In this document: piece by piece, positions 7,595-12,447 of the stretch
Layout: each line of letters opens with the position of its first letter
How positions within the stretch are numbered: position 1 is the stretch's first letter
DNA from: Pseudothermotoga sp.
Lineage (GTDB): Bacteria > Thermotogota > Thermotogae > Thermotogales > DSM-5069
DNA length: 12,447 bases
NCBI GenBank assembly: GCA_041640575.1
Contig: JBEPZZ010000051.1
Span: 1 to 12,447 of the forward strand
Direction of reading: 5' to 3'
Program-made: the position numbers and the translations under genes
Notes under the pieces: model-generated
Told to the model about the DNA's origin: nothing
What the model saw: only the letters and a program-made list of their open reading frames with translations
Databases searched by the model: none

Positions 7595-9692
7595 GCTTCT
7601 TGCCAAAAAAAAGAAAGTTGTTTTGAAAGAGATTTATAGACAGTTTGGCGCTGATACAAAAGACAAGAGAAAGTCAATTAAGGAACTCGTGTTGCAGTTA
7701 ATTGAGAAAGGAAACCTGATTCAAGATTCCTCTGGTTATTTGTTTAAGCCAAGCAATGAGATTGTGGTTGGAACAATTGAATTCACACGCAGTGGAAATA
7801 TGGCTTTTGTAAAAACGGAGAAAAACGAAGAAATTGCTATCCCGGTGGAACAGACCGGTGGAGCAATTCATTTGGATAAAGTCATGGTGGAAATAGTAGG
7901 CAAATGGCGAAATATTCCAAAAGGACGTGTTATAAAAGTTATCAAGAGGGAGAAACGCGAGATTGTTGGAGTGCTTCAGCTGAGAAGGTCTAAGTTTTTC
8001 CTTATTCCAGATGATCCGAAAATAAACTTCGATTTTCAAGTGTGTTTGCAATCAACAAAGAACATACGACCAGGTTTGAAGGTCCTAGCGAGGATAATAA
8101 AGTGGCCCCGCGGAAATCGACAACCAGAAGTAGAAATAATGAGAATTTTAGGGCACGTAGAAGATCCGAGTACAGATATACCAAGTGTTATTGCTAAACA
8201 TTCCTTAAGAGTTGAATTCCCAGAGGAAGTCATGCAGGAAATAAGATCCCTGCCGGAGGACGTAACAGAAAGAGATCTAGCCAACAGAGTGGACTGCACA
8301 AAAGAAACAGTCTTCACTATTGATGGCGAGGATGCAAAAGACTTCGATGATGCAGTTTCAATAAGGAAAGTCAAGAATAAATACCTTCTGTCAGTTCATA
8401 TTGCCGATGTTTCCCATTATGTTAAGGAAAGTTCAGCACTGGATAGAGAAGCGTTTCTGAGAGGAACCAGTGTATATTTGCTTGATACGGTAATACCCAT
8501 GTTTCCATTCAAGCTGTCGAATGATCTGTGCAGTTTGGTAGAGGGAAAAATTCGATTGACTTTCACTGTACAAATGCTGATAAATGAACAAGGTGAGACT
8601 GTTGATTATAAGATTTTCCCAAGTTATATCAAAAGCAAAAAACGTCTAACCTATTCGCTTGTCAATGCATATTTTGAAGGGAACGCTGAAGCAAAGAAAA
8701 TTCTTGGAAAAACAATCTGCCATTCGCTTGATCTGATGCTGGAATTGTCACAAATTTTGAGAAACCATAGGAAAACACGCGGTGCGATCCTTGACATTGA
8801 AGGTGGCGAAGTGAAGGTTGTGCTCGATAAAAACTCGGCAGTAGTCGATATAATCCCGGTCAAACGTGGAAATGCAGAAATTTTGATTGAAGAATTTATG
8901 ATAAAAGCAAACGAGACTGTTGCTACGATCTTTCATGAAGCAGGTTTACCCTTTGTTTATAGAGTTCACGAGGAACCAGATCCAGAAACCTTGATTCAGT
9001 TGAAAGAATATATCGAGGCTCTTGGAATCGGGTTAAAATTCCCGAGGAAAATAGATGCTGCTTTCCTTCAAAAAGTACTTGAGGCTGTGAAAGATCATCC
9101 GCTGAGATCTAGCGTCGAAAGACTTTTAGTCAGATCAATGAAGAGGGCTCTTTATTCAGCACTAAACATTGGACACTTTGGCTTGGCTTCCTTTGCTTAT
9201 ACACATTTCACATCTCCGATTCGACGCTATCCAGATTTGGTTGTACACAGACTCTTGAAGATCTACCTTAAACAAAATGGATCCTTCAAGCCCAAACAAA
9301 TCGAGAAGTTCTCAGAGGAACTGCCAAAGATAGCAGAGCATTGCAGTAAGATGGAACGAATAGCTGATGAAGCGGAATGGGATCTTTTGGCTATGAAGAA
9401 GGTTGAGTATATGAAGAAGTACATTGGTAAGGTCTTTGATACCGTAATCACGAACATTACTCATTTTGGTATGTTTGTGGAAATTCCTGAGAAACTTATA
9501 TCGGGTTTGGTACACATTTCTACACTTAATGATTACTACCATTACGATGAGAAAAAGAACATACTAATTGGTGAAAGAACCGGAAGAATCTTCAAAATCG
9601 GTGACACGATAAAAGCACGTGTAGTGAGCGCTGATAAGACAACAGGTGAGATAGATTTCGAGTATGTGGGTGATGAATACAATGTGGGTTAA
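7551..9692 (+). CDS. rnr: Ribonuclease R (RNB family 3'-5' exoribonuclease)
   Basis: N-terminal HTH-like region and cold-shock/OB segments, catalytic TIDGEDAKDFDDA, HIADVS, LIEEFMI, YRVHE, HFTSPIRRYPDL and a C-terminal S1 domain (FGMFVE...GLVHIS). Start uncertain: GTG 7551 has AAAGGGG upstream; ATG 7587 and TTG 7506 are alternatives. Confidence 0.93.
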   Translation: MSRRISKKFLQIMDELLAKKKKVVLKEIYRQFGADTKDKRKSIKELVLQLIEKGNLIQDSSGYLFKPSNEIVVGTIEFTRSGNMAFVKTEKNEEIAIPVEQTGGAIHLDKVMVEIVGKWRNIPKGRVIKVIKREKREIVGVLQLRRSKFFLIPDDPKINFDFQVCLQSTKNIRPGLKVLARIIKWPRGNRQPEVEIMRILGHVEDPSTDIPSVIAKHSLRVEFPEEVMQEIRSLPEDVTERDLANRVDCTKETVFTIDGEDAKDFDDAVSIRKVKNKYLLSVHIADVSHYVKESSALDREAFLRGTSVYLLDTVIPMFPFKLSNDLCSLVEGKIRLTFTVQMLINEQGETVDYKIFPSYIKSKKRLTYSLVNAYFEGNAEAKKILGKTICHSLDLMLELSQILRNHRKTRGAILDIEGGEVKVVLDKNSAVVDIIPVKRGNAEILIEEFMIKANETVATIFHEAGLPFVYRVHEEPDPETLIQLKEYIEALGIGLKFPRKIDAAFLQKVLEAVKDHPLRSSVERLLVRSMKRALYSALNIGHFGLASFAYTHFTSPIRRYPDLVVHRLLKIYLKQNGSFKPKQIEKFSEELPKIAEHCSKMERIADEAEWDLLAMKKVEYMKKYIGKVFDTVITNITHFGMFVEIPEKLISGLVHISTLNDYYHYDEKKNILIGERTGRIFKIGDTIKARVVSADKTTGEIDFEYVGDEYNVG

Positions 9693-10440
9693 AGAATTTG
9701 AAGGTCAAAAAGGATTGGTCGTCGTTATTCACGGTTTAGGTGAACACTCGAAAAGATATGAGTGGCTAGTAGAATTACTGAGAAGCATTGATTACGGTGT
9801 GACACTCTTTGACTTACCTGGTCATGGTGAAAGTCCTGGTGTTAGGGGGCACCTTAGTTTCAAGAAAGTTTTTGAAATAGTTGACAACATCTTGAATCGT
9901 CATCCGAATTCAATAATTTTTGGCCACAGTCTTGGTGGCTTACTTGCAATAAGGTATGTTGAGCTACAAAATTCAAGGCCTATCCGTAGCTTGATCGTGA
10001 CCTCTCCCGCTTTGAATCTGCCAAATGCCACATTTTCTGTAAGGCTTTTTGCATTCATTTTATCACTAATTGCACCCAGTTTGACTCTTGATAACCGGAT
10101 TGATCCAGATCTGCTTTCAACAAACAAAGAAGCAGTTAGAAAATACGTTGAAGATCCACTAGTTCATAGAAGAATTTCAGGAAGACTTGCACATGAGATG
10201 TTTATCAATTCTAAGAGAGCAATTAAGGAAGCATACAAGATAACTAGTCCGTGTTTTGTAGGAATCGGGACACAAGACAAAATAACGCTACCAGATGGTG
10301 CTAGGGAATTCTTTAAACTCGTCTCTTCGCAAGACAAATTGCTCAAGAACTACGAGGGATGTTTTCACGAGATTTTTGAGGATGAATCTGCTGCCCCTCT
10401 GTTCAAACAAGATCTTGTGAACTGGATACTAACTCACTAA
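9682..10440 (+). CDS. Alpha/beta hydrolase, lysophospholipase / monoglyceride lipase-like (Hydrolase_4 type)
   Basis: IHGLGEHSKRY, FDLPGHGES, nucleophile elbow GHSLG 9922-9936, DPLVH, candidate catalytic Asp in QDKIT and His in FHEI. SD GGGTGAT 9668-9674 fits ATG 9682 (ORF track gives 9664). Confidence 0.9.
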   Translation: MWVKEFEGQKGLVVVIHGLGEHSKRYEWLVELLRSIDYGVTLFDLPGHGESPGVRGHLSFKKVFEIVDNILNRHPNSIIFGHSLGGLLAIRYVELQNSRPIRSLIVTSPALNLPNATFSVRLFAFILSLIAPSLTLDNRIDPDLLSTNKEAVRKYVEDPLVHRRISGRLAHEMFINSKRAIKEAYKITSPCFVGIGTQDKITLPDGAREFFKLVSSQDKLLKNYEGCFHEIFEDESAAPLFKQDLVNWILTH

Positions 10441-11268
10441 TCACTCTCCACCAGCAGCTAACCCGGCACCTTCTTTCAGAACATATATGTTGTTCGAGGA
10501 GGGCAAATATGCCAAAGGGTTGGTTGTATTTTTACCAACTAAAACTTCAAAGTGTAAATGAGGTCCAGTTGTAATTCCAGTACTTCCTACCCTTCCAATC
10601 AAAGTTCCTTGACTAACATTTTGTCCGACATATACTGTTATTCTTGACAGATGCGCGTAGCGTGTCGTTATGTTACCACTAGTTATTTCAACCATCAAAC
10701 CATAACCACCATTCTCACCCGCGAACGTAACGGTTCCGGAAGTCGACGCAAAGACTGGCGTACCTTCAGGAGCTGAAATATCTATACCAGTGTGAAACGA
10801 ATTTTTTCTCGTTACAGGATGAATTCTGTATCCATATGGTGAAGATAATACCCCATAAACAGGCCATATGTAACCCTTCTCTTTGTTGAAGGCTTTTCCT
10901 ATTGCGTTCGCAGGGATAAATAGCTTCTGCCCGACTTTTATTGAATCAGAATTGAGATTGTTAGCAATCATTAATTCTGAAACTGTTGTGAAGAATCTTT
11001 TTGCAATGGTATACAAATTGTCACCTTTTGTAACTGTGTACAAATAACCTTCTGGCTGAGGGATAATAATTTGCTGTCCTACTTTGAGCCGAGTTGGATT
11101 GCTCAGGTTATTCCAGTCCAGGATTGTCGATGGCGAGACTTTGAACTTTCTTGCAATATCATACAAGGTGTCACTTTGCTGAACAGTGTACGTGATAGTT
11201 ATATACCCCCCAAGGCAAATCACGTAAACCAAAAGCATCAACATCGTTAACACTTTCTGCACCCTCAT
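10441..11268 (-). CDS. Secreted LysM-LysM-M23 family peptidoglycan metallo-endopeptidase
   Basis: N-terminal hydrophobic signal segment, two LysM repeats (YTVQQSDTLYDIA..., YTVTKGDNLYTIA...) and intact M23 motifs HTGID, YAHL and HLHF. GTG at 11262 is better spaced from the GGGGAG SD than ATG 11268. Confidence 0.9.
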   Translation of the reverse strand: MRVQKVLTMLMLLVYVICLGGYITITYTVQQSDTLYDIARKFKVSPSTILDWNNLSNPTRLKVGQQIIIPQPEGYLYTVTKGDNLYTIAKRFFTTVSELMIANNLNSDSIKVGQKLFIPANAIGKAFNKEKGYIWPVYGVLSSPYGYRIHPVTRKNSFHTGIDISAPEGTPVFASTSGTVTFAGENGGYGLMVEITSGNITTRYAHLSRITVYVGQNVSQGTLIGRVGSTGITTGPHLHFEVLVGKNTTNPLAYLPSSNNIYVLKEGAGLAAGGE

Positions 11269-11288
11269 CTCCCCTTTAATCCTGAAAA

Positions 11289-11304
11289 TTAAGTTGAAAC
11301 TTAA
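11289..11304. repeat. Inverted repeat TTAAGTT-GA-AACTTAA in the cheB/M23 intergenic region
   Basis: Perfect 7-bp arms (11289-11295 and 11298-11304) with a 2-nt spacer. Function unknown. Confidence 0.55.
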
Positions 11305-11319
11305 ATATAAGAAGTCTTT

Positions 11320-12369
11320 TTACCTCTCTTGCACTAATTCTACCAGCTTTTCAGCAATTTTATATGCAGGCAAAATAAAGTCAGCATATCCCTCTTCTAT
11401 AACGGCTTTTGGCATACCAAAAACAGCACACGTTGATTCGTCTTCGGCAATGACTTTACCAAGATAATATTTTACCTTAAATGCACCCTTTTGGCCATCC
11501 CGTCCCATGCCAGTTAAGATGGCAGCTATAGTATTTGATTTATATATCTCTGCAACCTTGTTCAGTGTGAAATCAACAGCTGGACGAACGTTATTTATCT
11601 TTTCAGATTTGTCCAGAAATATCTTAACACTTCGGCCATCCATTTTTACACCCATGTGCCAATCACCGGGCGCGACATAAACAGTACCTGGTTTGACTAT
11701 TTCACTGTCTTCAGCTTCCTTCACTTCCAGCTCTGAAATTGAATTTAATCTCATTGCAAGTGACTTTGTGAAAACTGGAGGCATATGTTGGACTAAAAAC
11801 ACTGGAGCTGGAAAACCTTTCGGCAAAGCTGGTATTATCTGATCCAAGGATCTCGGACCACCTGTTGAACTTCCAATAACTATAGCCTTTTGACTTAACG
11901 CAGGATATTTGATCGATAATGTTACTTTTGCGCCGACCGGTTGTTTCACCAATTTCGATACAGGCACTTGAAGCGCTGACCTTATCTTTTCTACAAGTTC
12001 AGTTGCAACTGTCCTAAAGCTCAAGGAAGTTGAACCAGATGGTTTCGTAACGAAATCTACAGCACCTATAGATAGAGCCGTGAGGGTTATGTCAGCACCT
12101 TCCTCTGTTAGACTGCTAACCATTATGACGCGCGTTGGAAATTTTGCCATGATTTGCTTAAGAGCCTCTATCCCATTCATTCTAGGCATCTCTATATCTA
12201 AAGTCACAACATCAGGTTTACTTTGACTTACGACTTCAAGAGCTTCTACACCATCTTTTGCAAGACCAACTACTTGCATATCCGGTTGTGAATCAACTAT
12301 ATCTTTTAGGACCATTCTCATAAACGCCGAATCATCCACGATGACTACTCTGACCTTTGTGTTTGACAC
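11320..12369 (-). CDS. cheB: Chemotaxis response regulator / protein-glutamate methylesterase CheB
   Basis: Receiver domain (VDDS, phosphoacceptor in TLDIEMP, KP) plus methylesterase domain with S-H-D triad motifs IGSSTGGP, VQHMP, RPAVD, and ILTGMG, VFGMP. GTG start. Confidence 0.96.
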   Translation of the reverse strand: MSNTKVRVVIVDDSAFMRMVLKDIVDSQPDMQVVGLAKDGVEALEVVSQSKPDVVTLDIEMPRMNGIEALKQIMAKFPTRVIMVSSLTEEGADITLTALSIGAVDFVTKPSGSTSLSFRTVATELVEKIRSALQVPVSKLVKQPVGAKVTLSIKYPALSQKAIVIGSSTGGPRSLDQIIPALPKGFPAPVFLVQHMPPVFTKSLAMRLNSISELEVKEAEDSEIVKPGTVYVAPGDWHMGVKMDGRSVKIFLDKSEKINNVRPAVDFTLNKVAEIYKSNTIAAILTGMGRDGQKGAFKVKYYLGKVIAEDESTCAVFGMPKAVIEEGYADFILPAYKIAEKLVELVQER

Positions 12370-12378
12370 CTTTGATTA

Positions 12379-12385
12379 ACCTCCT
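12379..12385 (-). promoter_or_regulatory. Shine-Dalgarno AGGAGGT of cheB
   Basis: The + strand ACCTCCT at 12379-12385 reads AGGAGGT on the - strand, 9 nt before GTG 12369. Confidence 0.85.
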
Positions 12386-12424
12386 CGAAATCACCAAACT
12401 TGGGAAAGCAATCAAGTATATAAT

Positions 12425-12447
12425 AAAAAAAGTCCGCGCCCCACCAA
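12425..12447 (-). terminator. Probable 3' arm and U-tract of an intrinsic terminator upstream of cheB (truncated by window edge)
   Basis: The - strand reads TTGGTGGGGCGCGGAC-TTTTTTT: a GC-rich block followed directly by T7 in AT-rich surroundings. The complementary 5' arm is not in the window. Confidence 0.45.

Noticed and set aside
7387..7612. A8 tracts at 7387-7394 and 7605-7612 (also G6 at 3477-3482) as phase-variation or frameshift sites
   Set aside because: The runs are short, encode Lys or serve as an SD, and both reading frames are intact. Such runs are expected in A-rich coding DNA.
9540..9692. RNase R ends right after S1 without a basic C-terminal tail (possible truncation or RNase II)
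   Set aside because: Catalytic and S1 motifs are complete and the N-terminal HTH-like region is present. Tail length varies among RNase R proteins, so it is not called a pseudogene.
694..10346. Numerous short ORFs (e.g. 694-1062, 3230-3538, 3502-3939, 4726-5070, 7698-8051, 8036-8374 on - and 1430-1654 on +)
   Set aside because: All lie inside well-supported genes, show no recognisable motifs, and mostly have the Ser/Phe/Ile-rich composition of antisense shadow frames.
12431..12446. + strand ...GTCCGCGCCCCACCA resembling a tRNA CCA end or att site
   Set aside because: It is preceded by an A-run rather than a GTTC T-loop, no cloverleaf can be formed, and no integrase is nearby.
1..12447. CRISPR arrays, IS elements, prophage genes, rRNA/tRNA
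   Set aside because: No spaced direct repeats, transposase or integrase motifs, or structured RNA genes were seen. The window is almost fully protein-coding.

Overview
Gene-dense, moderately AT-rich bacterial chromosome segment. Extended GGAGGTGAT-type Shine-Dalgarno (SD) sites, many GTG/TTG starts and the gene set suggest Thermotogota (inference). The + strand carries one tightly coupled run: the 3' tip of an upstream gene (GatB/YqeY-like C-terminus), a probable exported beta-rich protein with a likely CTG start, HemW-type radical SAM protein, flavin reductase family protein, DHH/DHHA1 phosphoesterase (NrnA-like), a ~1367-aa multidomain diguanylate cyclase, RNase R and an alpha/beta hydrolase. 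It meets a - strand pair (cheB, LysM-LysM-M23 peptidase) stop-to-stop with no gap. The most notable element is the large cyclase, which reads as degenerate kinase + STAND P-loop NTPase + TPR + GAF-like + intact GGEEF, i.e. an NLR-like c-di-GMP synthase overlapping a dinucleotide phosphodiesterase gene and rnr. I found no RNA genes, mobile elements or CRISPR arrays.
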